From positions 1 to 64,000 of the forward strand of contig AP026151.1 of the NCBI GenBank assembly GCA_030295235.1: a stretch of DNA of 64,000 nt, in the 5' to 3' direction. A program made the translations under genes and the position numbers. Numbering within the stretch: position 1 is the first letter of the stretch; the number at the start of each line of letters is the position of its first letter. Source of the DNA: Fistulifera solaris (taxonomy: Eukaryota). Shown one piece after another: positions 36,536 to 48,220 of the stretch. Below the pieces are notes generated by a model. It worked only from the letters and a program-made list of their open reading frames with translations, ran no database searches and was not told the origin of the DNA.

Positions 36536-37836
36536 CCTCTCCACCTAACCTCCACGCCCGTCCACCGCCTCATCCAAAATGTTCGATGTTACTACAGTAC
36601 GAAGCTACATTAAATATCACAGTGTTGACGAAAGGCTTTCTTTATTGCTTAATTCCAAAAATACAACAGGTAGGCATTTAAGGTCAATCAAGGCCGAGCG
36701 GTACACATGGTTTTTCAGAAATCAAAGTTAAGGCGTTCTCATCCCTCATAGTCTCTCTAGAATAGTAAATCCAAAGACGTTTTTTGCACCTCCATCATTG
36801 ATCGCCATCTTGTTGGTTGCACGCAAGAGTTTTGCTATGAAGACTCAATCTGCGACTACCTTTTGAATGAATTGCGTTTGACACTCGCAAATGGCTTGGC
36901 ACTGTTTGTCGGACAAGACAATTTGGACTTTTCTTCTAGTCTAGATGTAGGGCGGGAGGAGCATTTCCAAATATCCGGTTCCTAACTCATACCGAATACC
37001 TTATTATTTGAAGAATAAACTCTTATTTTCCATTTCCATTCCCTCGCCGCTCGCGGTAATTTTGGTTCTCCGTTGTTCCGTCTCAAAATTAGTTTTCTTT
37101 GCCTGCTAGTTGTTCGTTCAATAAATATCTAATTCTTGCTTCTCGGTTGGCTGGGTTGAAAGCTGGGAAAAGAGAGCAATGCGCGATTTGACTCAAGCGA
37201 CTTGCGGCTTGTGGTTTGCGGCTTGCGGTGCGGGGTGCGGGGTGCGGGGTGCACTGTGGCGAAGAAATAAAAAATACACAATACACAATACAGAATACAG
37301 TAGGCAGTAGGGTAACTCCGCAACATGATTACTAGAATCATTTGACTCTTGCGAAGTACTGGCATACACAAGAGTGGGCTCGAAGGTCGTACTTATGATT
37401 TGCAATGTGTCGGTACTTCAAAAGTCATAGAGGCTGGATTCAATGAATAATCAATCAATAATCAATGTCAGAGCGAGGTTTCCCTACTACGTACAATAAA
37501 AGCTCTTTATAGTCGATAGTCGAAGCACCCGGAAAAGGAGACAGATGGTCCATAAGCTTGTAAGCTTGACAAATTATTCGCTGATGAAATTTCTTATAGA
37601 CTTGTAGATTCCTCAACACTCTCTTACGGGCTTTAAACACAGATGAATTCGTGCTTGGGGTTGATGGTTTATGGTTGATCATTGACGCCTGGAAAATTTC
37701 TTCTGACACTCCCGAAGATGCGAAGATTTCTCGTCTCGTCTTTTGTCCATAAAACACTGAACACATTTTGTCAACGCAAAATACATTCCCCTTGTTACGA
37801 AATGGACAAGACCTTTCTTATTAACCTGAAGCTGCA

Positions 37837-38760
37837 TTGAACATGTCAGACAAACTAAACGACTGTCCAAGGGCAAGCCGTTCTGCCTTACCAAGCGTCG
37901 CCGATCCGCTAAAAACGCCGTGTTCTCAAAAAGAACATGAAATGCCAAAACAAGAAAATACATTGATGCGCCTCAAAAGAATGGCTTACAACCTGGAACG
38001 AGCTATGCTCATTAAACAGCAACGACTGCAACGCCTGTCCAGGACCTTGTCCGCAAGTTGCACCGCGGAGGACAACTCCTCGCCGTCATCGTTGTCGTTA
38101 ATGACCATCAAGCAACCTGGTTCAACGTGTAGTACATGTGGACGGAGAGATGAGGCACCTATCACACCCCAGCGACGTCTGTCAAAGGGTGATCTATCGG
38201 GCTGTTTTCGAGAAGGAAAGGTTACACATACTCCTCACACAGATGGAGATTGCGAAGATTCGCATTGCGCAAACAATCCTCAACAGATTGTTCCTCTTCC
38301 ATGGTGCAACACTGATAGTGAGAATATTATAGAAGTAGACACGCAAGAAAAGATACCTTGCTGCAGCTCAGGGGTTTCGCCGATAGCAGTATCTATGTCC
38401 GAATCATCTTCATCTCCACATGAGTGTCTGCTCACATTTTCATCTGTTGGCAAAAAAACACGGATCCTGGACATACCATGTGATTGCTCATCAGCACACG
38501 ATTCATCTTCTTCCTCATGTGACTGCGATGGAGATATCATTCCCTACGCGGATTGCTCGGCCAATTTATCGACAATTAAACCACTTCAGCATACTGAAAG
38601 TATAGGAAGCACCATTGAGACGAAAGACAACAGTAGAAAGTCGTCTCTCCAGATGGCGTCATATTTACTTTCCTCGCTTTTTCTCCATGACGAAGATGCT
38701 TCCATAACTTCATTGTCAAGTACGGCAACAATTCGTGCGAGTAATCGTAAGCTCGTATGA
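37837..38760 (+). CDS. Hypothetical Ser/Cys-rich protein
   Basis: 307-aa ORF (first ATG about 37843); no recognisable domain. Confidence 0.6.
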   Translation: MNMSDKLNDCPRASRSALPSVADPLKTPCSQKEHEMPKQENTLMRLKRMAYNLERAMLIKQQRLQRLSRTLSASCTAEDNSSPSSLSLMTIKQPGSTCSTCGRRDEAPITPQRRLSKGDLSGCFREGKVTHTPHTDGDCEDSHCANNPQQIVPLPWCNTDSENIIEVDTQEKIPCCSSGVSPIAVSMSESSSSPHECLLTFSSVGKKTRILDIPCDCSSAHDSSSSSCDCDGDIIPYADCSANLSTIKPLQHTESIGSTIETKDNSRKSSLQMASYLLSSLFLHDEDASITSLSSTATIRASNRKLV

Positions 38761-39587
38761 TCTCAACGAGGCGTATTCATGCACATACTAAAGGGTAACG
38801 TTTTCACTCTTGAATTGCATTCTTATTCCATTATTCACAAAAATAGTTTGAATTTTTATTTGGACTTTATTCACTTTGTTTTATTATCAATACCTGGTAA
38901 TTGTTGCAGTCGCAAGTCGATGGAATGCAATGAGAGATGAGATCGCGTTCTTCGTCTTCCTCCCACCATAAGTGAGGTATTAAGGTTGAGGGTTCAGGGT
39001 TTAAATTTGGGCGAATACAACTACTATCTCAGTCTACCGTACCTGGTACTGAGTGCAGTTGTGACACATAATCTATGACCCTTATCCCTTATCAAAAGGA
39101 CCTAAGCTTACATTGATCAAATAGATACTGATTTGTGACCTTTGTCGGTTTGTCGGTACCTTATTCAAGATGCTGGGGAATGATTTCCACCATCCCTTCT
39201 TTAAGTGCAGTAGGAACTTATCACAAAAGTTACTATTGCCCTCCCTAGCTATTAAGGTACTTACTGATCACGGGTGCGATGGATTTCTGCTTTTTCTTGG
39301 ATACTTCTTGATTCAATTATTCAATTTTCACTATCAGGATTCCAAGTGCCAAGGCTTTTTATTCCTTTCATCTCCCTTTCCCACTTCCTGCTTCCTGCAT
39401 CCCACTTCGATCGACGACGCATCTTCGTCGTACCAGGTACCGGTATCGGTACCGGTACCTGGTATTCACTTCATGATGCGTTTTCCACCCAACATTTTCA
39501 AATTTGATAAAAATTCTTACCTTTGTCGCTCGCAAATCATTGAGAGAAATCGGCACATGAAGCATCAAACTCTTTGAAACCCAAGCA

Positions 39588-40087
39588 ATGAAAGTTTTCG
39601 AAAAATTTACGCTGAAACGATTACGCACGCCTTCCGCGAAAGCCGTTCAGCAAAACATCCTTTACATGACACGTTACCCGATTTGTCGCCTGCTGATAGT
39701 TACTCGATATCGTCATCGAGCGTTGCCGGCAGTGACCGTTCCGTATGTACAAATGCATCAGTTCAACAACAAAACGGTATCGTGATACAAACTCGATCCT
39801 CGCGAATCGTAAAGGAAATCCAAACCGATCTTCGACAAAGCATACAAATACGTCGGAAACAACGCAGCGCCAGACAGCAATGGCTCGGAGAACAATCACC
39901 GGAGTCTCAGTCGAGTGAATTCGTCATGCAGGAGTCTGTTCGAAGAGACTCTCAGCAATCCATGTCGTTTCTTCCCGAGACGCTGCAAGTCAAACGAAAA
40001 CTTGTTGCAGTTCGGGAACAACAAGTCCGCAATTTACTCGCGACAGAGCGTCTCATGCTACAACAAGTTGCTTTATCGAAACGGTAG
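39588..40087 (+). CDS. Hypothetical protein
   Basis: ATG ORF at 39588 probably continues into the Q/R-rich ORF 39683-40087 through a frameshift. Confidence 0.45.
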
Positions 40088-40642
40088 ACAGCAGCATTCT
40101 TGACCGCCACTATGTTTACTCAATGATGCCGTCTGTTTTCGGAAAGAATAGCAGGCGCTTTCAACATAATGTACTACGTAAAAGAGAGGATTGTTGACTA
40201 AAAAGAAGTAGTTTTAATTGATGCATTTTATAGGATAGTTCTGAGATCCGACTAGTTGTCTCCAGACTAGTGACTGAAAAAGGTGACTGAAAATCCGTCT
40301 CTGTAAGACAATGGTACAGATGATTCTAGAGAGAGAGTACCAGTACGGTACCTGGTACAGTTCGAAGTCCGCGTCAACAGTTACTTAGGCCCTTGAACTT
40401 TGGAAAGAAAAATGAGGGTGCCGTTTGAATTGCCCGTGCTGCTCGGCGCGCCGCACGTCTTCGAAACGAAATTCGCCCCCGCTTTGTGTTCTTTGATTGC
40501 TTTGATTACCGTCGTCGACCATGATCATCCTTCAAGCCTTCGCAAACGAAAGTATCCTTGCCTACTTACAGCTTGTTCACTCATTAGAAAAGAAATCTAT
40601 GGTGCATCGTTCTTCCAAGCTTTCTTACAGCCACAAAATTGA

Positions 40643-41806
40643 ATGAATCATCGTCCGTCGCATATCATCCGCAATCGTCCTCTCGCCGCGGCTAACGCTT
40701 CGTTAGAAAACGCAAACACTCAGCAACAGGAACAAGCTTTGAGTGGCTTTCTCTTTCGTCTGGAATTAGAATTAGAGACAAATAGGCGAAAAAGGAATCA
40801 GCGGCATTCATGGCATCCTAGTGACACTGAGACTTCGAATATCGTAATCCCTCAGCAAACAACTGTTACCGAACCTCATGTAGATCGAATATCTGCGTCG
40901 CCGAAGCTGAATGAGCTAGAGTCGTCTCGTCACACTTGCACGCATAAAAAGGATTCAACAGTAAAGGAAAAAGCAGAGAAACGTGCGGAAACAAAATTGC
41001 GACAGAAGCCGCAACATATATTAGATCGCCTACAAAAACGCACATCGACGGGACCCGTTTCGCCGGTCAAAGATCATTCAACAATCTGCAAACGATTAAC
41101 AGGAACGATGTTGACACCTAAAAGTCCACGGAATGGACGACGGAGATCGATCAAGATCTGTACTATACGATCTATCCCGCTGCTTGATTCGGAAAGCGAG
41201 CCTAATTGTCACGACATTGCTGCATCCGCCTCGCCAACGGACGAGCCGCTGGTTAGTAAACCCGTTTCCCGCACCAATTCTTCTACAACCGATCAAGGTG
41301 ACAGCAGTCAGAGTAGCGCCTCGCACTTGACTGACCTTTCGCACAACAGTGAGAAACTGGCTTTGCCGAAACAGCATGCGATTAGCGTCCGAACAAGTAC
41401 TATCGCAAGAAGATTATCCGCGAGCAGCCGTTTCAATGAAAGCTTGACGAACCTAGACTGTACCAGCGATACTCCTATGAATCTGTTCCAAACAAAAGAC
41501 GCGGATCTATTGCCAGCCGGAGGCGTGCACGGAAGTAGTTTGAGCCTTTTGCACACGAGCTACAGCAGTTTGCCGATCGACGATACGGACGGTCTTCAAG
41601 GCAGTCCTATCAAACGCCAGCGCGATCCGTTGCGCCGCAATCGAGAAACTGCTTCAGCGACCTTACGGCAACAGCAGCGTCAGCTAGCGGAAACCTTGCG
41701 ACACATTCAAGAATCTCCTACGGCAAAGCAGGGAGCTGAGTACTCGTCAGGAAAAAAATCAATTTTGAGATTTGGTAGAAAGAACCGGAACGGCTCTGCT
41801 ACATGA
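40643..41806 (+). CDS. Hypothetical Ser/Thr/Arg-rich disordered protein
   Basis: Intact 387-aa ORF. Confidence 0.7.
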   Translation: MNHRPSHIIRNRPLAAANASLENANTQQQEQALSGFLFRLELELETNRRKRNQRHSWHPSDTETSNIVIPQQTTVTEPHVDRISASPKLNELESSRHTCTHKKDSTVKEKAEKRAETKLRQKPQHILDRLQKRTSTGPVSPVKDHSTICKRLTGTMLTPKSPRNGRRRSIKICTIRSIPLLDSESEPNCHDIAASASPTDEPLVSKPVSRTNSSTTDQGDSSQSSASHLTDLSHNSEKLALPKQHAISVRTSTIARRLSASSRFNESLTNLDCTSDTPMNLFQTKDADLLPAGGVHGSSLSLLHTSYSSLPIDDTDGLQGSPIKRQRDPLRRNRETASATLRQQQRQLAETLRHIQESPTAKQGAEYSSGKKSILRFGRKNRNGSAT

Positions 41807-42578
41807 ACGGCTTCCTTATAACGAAAGACCGGGGTGATACTGTTAGATAAACTAGATCAACGGGGGAGAATGATTTCAGGATGCTTTTATCTAGGTAATT
41901 TGCGAACATTTCAGTGTGCTAGTAGATCCTGCTAAACTAGGCCACAGCGCTACCTTGGAGCATTCACCCGCAAATTCCATTCCAAAGGAGCGAATTTTCA
42001 ACTATGAGTAGCCGCTACCGCTACCTCTAGAGCCTAGAAACTAAAGATCTCTTCAATCACATCAGAAGACTTCCGATCACACTCCAGACTCCAGCACCAA
42101 GTAAGTACATCGTTTGTGAAACAGTGATAAAGCAATCAAGGGGAATTAGTCCGATGACTTGTTATAATCGGAGCTGACACTTGACACGAACCGTGACACA
42201 TGGGCCCATTGCTCGCAATTCCCTATCAATGCGAAATGCCAAATGTGCCGATCCGTGAACCGACGAGTTTTTGGCGATAGACGATGGCTGATTGTCTGTG
42301 TGTAGCGGCGCTGGCGGGAAACGGCACTGCACTATGGTCAAGAGTATAAAGAACACGACCAGCAAACGAACAGGGATTGTACTTTTCAAGGTATAGTCAC
42401 TACATCAGAAGGAGGCTGTGTTTCACGAGTTCAATGCGCTGCACGAGGTGCGCCATAAAAGCAAAACAGATGCAAAAAAAAAATCGAAAAAGTTTTATTC
42501 ACGGTCAACGTGAACTAAAGATCCTTGTTAAAATAAAGCGTCGCTCTAATTCGACTTTTTACGACTAGTTTGCTATTG

Positions 42579-44045
42579 ATGCCACTCAAGTCTCAAGGGA
42601 TGGCTGAACTATCTGGCTGTTCGCATCATAGCAACAATTCCTTACAAGATTTATTCGAAAGCTCGCTGAATCGTTTTCTCGATGAGCCGGGCCATTTGAG
42701 TGCGTTAGAAATGGTACTCAACGATTCGTCCTATTTGAAGAACCATTACTCGAACAACTCGAGCAGGTCTCTTCTTGGCAATGATACTAAATTGCTGGAA
42801 ACCTCGTCGTCCTCGTTTGATCCGGAAATAAGTCAAGAATTTGTGAAAGGAGAAGTCGCCGACATCATCATCAATCGAGCGAGGCAAACGGATATGGAAG
42901 AGGAAATCAAGAAACTAAGAGAGGAGAAGATCAAACTAGAAAAGGATCTCAAGGCGAAGAGAGAAAGGAAGAAAAGACGGGCTTTGAAAAGAAGAGAAAT
43001 GATGCAAAGAAGGAACAGCAAGAGAACGAAGTTTCACCAGTTGATGATAACCAGGTATCTCTCGCAAACAAAGACGAGATAGGTCAGGAGAAAGCACCCG
43101 AGAAGATTGAAGATGAATTGAATCGAGACGGGGCGAAAGAGGTTCAAGCCCCGATGGGTTCTGTAATCAAAGTCGAAGTCGAATCACCCAACAAGACATC
43201 ATTCAAGCGAATGGTTTCGAAGAAGGAGTCCAGTCGGCTTCGTGAACTATACACAGATACTGGTAGTCTTCTGCTCGAAGGATACATTCGGGTCGACGGT
43301 AGCCGACGGCGGCATTCATCTCATGAAAGGCCCACGTGCGTCTTATCAGACTTTACTAACAGCGAAGAGGCGGAGACAAATCCCGAGAAGGAATCGACCA
43401 AGGCTTCTGTCAGTGAGCAATCTAATACGAGAAAGGAGAAACGAAGACACTCTTCTTGTGAAGTACCTCGAAAAGCCCAAGAACGTAGTACTTCATATCC
43501 TATTCGAGAGATTAAAATTGTGAAAAAGTCAAAGAAAGATCCGTCGAAGAAGGAGGGCACACTGCAAGAGGAGGGTATCAAAGCACAGGCAAAAAGACGA
43601 CGAAGGAAACATCAAAAAAGGCAAAACAACGAAACATGTAAAAAAGGTCAAATGTAAAGACGAAACAGCCCCGAAGGCGACAAAAACGAAGGGGGAAGTT
43701 ACTTTGATCGAATCAGAAATGATCGTCGTCAAAGACGAGGAACCAGAACCAGCAGCTCTGCTTTCGAAAAAGGAACGTTTGAAGAAATTTGAAACAGAGA
43801 GAGGGCTTTCCTCGTCGCCTAGTAGGATTCGATCAAAGAAAAGAGCTGGTCTTGCAAACAACCCTCCTCCGAAATGTATATTGGATGCGCTAAACTGGGC
43901 GTCGCGAAATGGTATCTTCGGAATGAACAATGATCAGACGAGGCGAGCAAGGTTGATTGCTGCTCACCGTCGTGAGAAATTTGAGGAATTAGTGTCTGAG
44001 TACGATCAAGGTGTAATTCGTCGTCGGCATTCCGTTTCAAGTTAG
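42579..44045 (+). CDS. Hypothetical Lys/Glu/Arg-rich protein
   Basis: Consecutive ORFs 42570-43082, 43118-43657 and 43704-44045 of similar composition, joined by frameshifts. Confidence 0.6.
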
Positions 44046-44847
44046 GTTAGCTGTAGAGCTGCTGTATCACTAACAGTTAGTGAACGAAAGCAATGCCATT
44101 GCTTGTTGTAATAATCGTACCGGTACGCGTACAAAATAACTTGGGCAGTAATATTATTTGTCATTCGTCAAGACTTTCTATTCATAGACTACTTGCTACT
44201 GAAATCCAGTCGTGGTAAAACAAGAACAACTCTAAGATCATAATATACTGAAAAGATGATCCGTTACGCATTTCGAAAAAGCATTGCACCAAAAGATTTC
44301 TTGAAATAATGTCTCAATTAATTCTTTACGATGGTTAGACTAGTACGAGTAACGCAAGATTGAACCATGAATATTGTCTCGTGATTGAAATTCAGTCTTG
44401 GTGAAATACGGATAACACTCCGGGAAGATAGTAAACTAAAAGGGGTCTGCGACGCATTTCGAGACAAGGATCAATACATTTTTCAATGCAAAATATATCC
44501 AACGGTTCAGCAAGCACTTTTACATAATTAAACATGAGGTTTGCTACTGCTAGTAGTGCATAATTGATCCATCAACTATGTCTCATGACTAAAGAACAGT
44601 CTTGGTTTAAAAAAGTAATCTACACTTTTTGGGTATACGAACTAACCCGTAACCTTTTTGAGACCCAGTAGAACAGGTTCGCTTCGTCAGAACGGTTCTC
44701 GTTGGTGCGAAGAAAAACGATGTCACTTTTTCGATAACATTACTTCTTTTCCGAGGCGAATACGATTCATTGCATTCTCATAATAATTTATCCAAGCAAC
44801 ACATTCTCAAGAAATCAAAAGAAAGAGAGGGAACTGAAACGTTGAAG

Positions 44848-45269
44848 ATGCTTTCTATTGCACGCAAAGCCGTAATCGGCAAAGCACCGGTCATGACGGT
44901 CGCAGCATCGCGAGCGATGTCCTCCTGTCAAAGGCCGTTTTCAACATCGATAGGCGACATGTTTCACATTAAGGTATGTAGAAGTACTGCTATGTACGAA
45001 AAAGATTGCAATCGAAGACTCTAAGGCTTTTCTTCTATCGTTCCTATCAGGAAAAAGTCGAAGAAGACAGATACATACGCAAGATGGAACAGCATGGTGT
45101 CGAGCATCGTGACATGGCAAATCCTCAATGGAATAGCATACCGCCTACCGACACCAGCAAAACACCTGAGCAACAAGCCATGCAAGAAATTCGGCTAATA
45201 CTGAATGAGAAAGACTATTTAACTTATCCCACACTGGAAGCGTTGGTGCAGTGGAAGTTAAAGAAGTAG
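44848..45269 (+). CDS. Small mitochondrial protein, ATP synthase inhibitor IF1-like
   Basis: R/K/A/S-rich presequence MLSIARKAVIGK...RPFS; intron 44974-45050 joins GDMFHIK|EKVEEDRYIRKME, resembling the IF1 core (F..RE.A.E..Y.R..E). Confidence 0.6.
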
Positions 45270-45413
45270 TTGCTTTCCAGATTGTGTGATATCTTGCATC
45301 ATCCAAGTCTCTGGTGAAATTCGACATTTCGTTATCACTATCTGCACATAATAACTAATCCTAATTATATAATACAATTTTAATTCGTTTGCGGTGCTCT
45401 TGAAACTCAGCCT

Positions 45414-47870
45414 CTACAATGACGTTTTCAGCGGACGCGTAACTGATGCATCGAACAACGCGGCACGAGTGGCTTGCGTAGCACGCAACCATTTGGATAC
45501 TTCGTCCGCCACAATCTCGGGTACTTCATCATGTGGGCAATGACCTGCTTGAATCGGAACTGCTGTTACACCCGCTCGTAATGCTGCAAAGCGCTCCATT
45601 CGATCTTGTGCATCATTCAAGGGGTCTAATACACCTTGTGCGATCAACACAGGGCGGTTCGCGAACGATGACTCGGGAGATTGCGTGTCACCCGCTCCAG
45701 CGTCGGCTTGTAGCAGTTCGTTGGCCGTACGAGGAAGCGGTAACTTTGCACCGGCCATCATGACATAAATGGCGCCTGGATCCAAAGAGTCTCGTCGAAT
45801 ATTCTCGCATAAATCGGAACTGACAGCAGACGGATTGGTGGGATATAAATTCACACAAATCGACTGTATGCGAGGCCGCAAATATTGTAAGAGAATATTA
45901 CCAAAGGCTCTTCCCACCCAACGAGGCGGCGGAGAACAGGGAGGTAGTAGTTGTTGTTGCGTTTGCTGGGCGACACTAAGTTTTGTCTTGTCACCCGCCA
46001 TAATTTCCTCCTTCGTCATAACCGGACCGGCAGAATTGAGTAAAATCAATCCTGTGCATGATTTTGTTCCAGGAGCTCCGCTGGCCGACAATGGATTTGT
46101 CGAGCATGCCATGTCACTGGCGGCCAATGACAATGCTGTGTATCCACCGATACTGTTGCCGCCTACAGTATACGTATCATGTTCCATAATTTCTTTCACA
46201 AACGCCAACATTTGACTCTCCCACAGGTATCCAGTGTAACTTAGGGCAGGTTTCTCGGAGTGACCGAACCCCAACAAGTCGGGACAAAACGCTGTATGAG
46301 CAGTATGTTGCTGAGGGTTTTGTTTCTTTAGGGCTTCCACTGTCCCTTTCCATTGCGCTCCCGACGCACCGAAGCCGTGGACCCATAACAGCGCTTCCTT
46401 GGGAGACTGTTTCGAATGTAGAGGCGGGTTGTTTGTAAGATCAGTTTGAAAGTAACGACACAGAAAACCATGATAACGCCAATATTTGGCCGATGGCTCC
46501 TGTCGCAAATGTTGCGTCGCCAGCTGAACATGCCATTCACGTGCCAATATCATGGACTGCAAAGGTGTTTCGTTCTTGAAGATAGCAGACCAAGGTTGCT
46601 CATTTGATGCTGTTAAAGAATGAATGCGTCGTGGACTGACGGTCCCCAAGAACATGGGCGCACTCAAAAAGCGAATGATACTTTCCCCTGGAAGCCAATT
46701 GAGTGGTTTTCCAGAATTGATATCACTCTCCCTATTCGAATATGAGTTACTGCATTGCAGCTGCCATTCCATCGCCGCATGCTCTAAGCTATTCGGATTG
46801 GCTCGTGCGATTGCCCGTTTCGGTGAGAAGAACCACGCGGTATCATCTTGTTGATAGTCTTGTACATAAGATCTTACTTGATTGAGAGCAAATCGACATC
46901 CGACCGAGTCGTACGCTAAACCTCCCCAGTGGGTTGCGTACAGACCTGTATTGCGACTATTGGCGCTGCTGCTCGCGTCAACACCGACTTGTTCCATGAG
47001 TTCTTCAGCGTTAGGGATGGTGGTGGACGTAGATAAGCACGTGTAGGACGAAGATGAACCGGAAGAAGCTGGAACAACATCCAATGGTGCCTCACATGGG
47101 ACAGACGCATACTGCGCTTGATACGACGGATAGTCATTGGGAATGGTTCTAATGTCATCGATCGGAATTTCACGCAACGATGCTTTCCACGGTCGAATCG
47201 TCACATTATCGTTGGTTGTTGTTTGCTCCATTTCTGACAGGAGATGCGGATAGGGACCATATTGTATGGAGTTATCCGCAGGGCCCAAATCACAAACGTG
47301 AATGCAAATATTCGGGGTTTCGTTGCTGTCATCGGCCCTTTTCGACAAAGCCTTTCCAACGGTCTCTTGGATGACGGACAGGAATGACGATTTCTTCCTA
47401 CTAGTCGCATTCGTGTCATTCGTATCACATGACACATACGATAAGTTCAAATTCAAATCTTGTTGCAGTGATTCTTGTAATTGTTGCATGGCTTCGCTCA
47501 CTAAATGACAGGTATCATAAGTATGCGCTTTCATTCCCGGAATATTCTGTAGCATTTGAGTTTGCCCAACGAAGAGAGGTAATATGAAAGAGCGTTGTGC
47601 ATTGCCGTTTACAATTTCCTCTCGAGTTGTTTGTATCGCATTCCATAAACCAACATGGTCGTCGACACGTAAGTCACCGACTCCAAATAAAACGACTTGT
47701 ACGTTCGTTGACGTTGTCTTTGCAGATACGGAAGGCGTCCATGCGTGCACTTTGGTGAAGGACGAATATGTGCAGAGACAGCACAAGACGTACAACAAGA
47801 TGTACCTAGGAGAGTGCAACTGTTGAAGATTTCTCATTGTTTGAATTATACGACGATCTTTCCGTTTCAT
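45414..47870 (-). CDS. Fusion of a degenerate photolyase-like N-terminal region and an alpha/beta hydrolase (pheophytinase-like)
   Basis: GDLRVDDHVGL (photolyase N-terminal DLRxxDxxxL); WVHGFGAS, PDLLGFGHS, GNSIGG nucleophile elbow and AGHCPHDEVP; signal peptide ending VHA-WTPS. Confidence 0.85.
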   Translation of the reverse strand: MKRKDRRIIQTMRNLQQLHSPRYILLYVLCCLCTYSSFTKVHAWTPSVSAKTTSTNVQVVLFGVGDLRVDDHVGLWNAIQTTREEIVNGNAQRSFILPLFVGQTQMLQNIPGMKAHTYDTCHLVSEAMQQLQESLQQDLNLNLSYVSCDTNDTNATSRKKSSFLSVIQETVGKALSKRADDSNETPNICIHVCDLGPADNSIQYGPYPHLLSEMEQTTTNDNVTIRPWKASLREIPIDDIRTIPNDYPSYQAQYASVPCEAPLDVVPASSGSSSSYTCLSTSTTIPNAEELMEQVGVDASSSANSRNTGLYATHWGGLAYDSVGCRFALNQVRSYVQDYQQDDTAWFFSPKRAIARANPNSLEHAAMEWQLQCSNSYSNRESDINSGKPLNWLPGESIIRFLSAPMFLGTVSPRRIHSLTASNEQPWSAIFKNETPLQSMILAREWHVQLATQHLRQEPSAKYWRYHGFLCRYFQTDLTNNPPLHSKQSPKEALLWVHGFGASGAQWKGTVEALKKQNPQQHTAHTAFCPDLLGFGHSEKPALSYTGYLWESQMLAFVKEIMEHDTYTVGGNSIGGYTALSLAASDMACSTNPLSASGAPGTKSCTGLILLNSAGPVMTKEEIMAGDKTKLSVAQQTQQQLLPPCSPPPRWVGRAFGNILLQYLRPRIQSICVNLYPTNPSAVSSDLCENIRRDSLDPGAIYVMMAGAKLPLPRTANELLQADAGAGDTQSPESSFANRPVLIAQGVLDPLNDAQDRMERFAALRAGVTAVPIQAGHCPHDEVPEIVADEVSKWLRATQATRAALFDASVTRPLKTSL

Positions 47871-48220
47871 CTCTTTTCTTTCTTAATTCCGACTGCAACA
47901 CGCTTTCCGCAACGTCTTTCTCACTTGTGTCCTTGAAAGAAGAGAGAAAGATTCTTTTTATTTGCAAATGGGAATTATTTGAAAGTAGGGGGCATAAGAT
48001 AATTGTTGCCATGCAATACTTTTTTTTTTCTCGCGTTGCATTTTTTTGCGCTGACGCGAAAACGCACACGATGGCCGATCGGCGTGTCAGTGTCTACTGA
48101 GACATCAAGACGTTCTGCGAAATGCAAGTCACTCCGCATTGGTAACCACCCCTGTCTTGAATAAATCTTGTTTTTTTTCTGTCGAATGATATAGCCCTAG
48201 CTCCTAGCTTTTAATACGAC

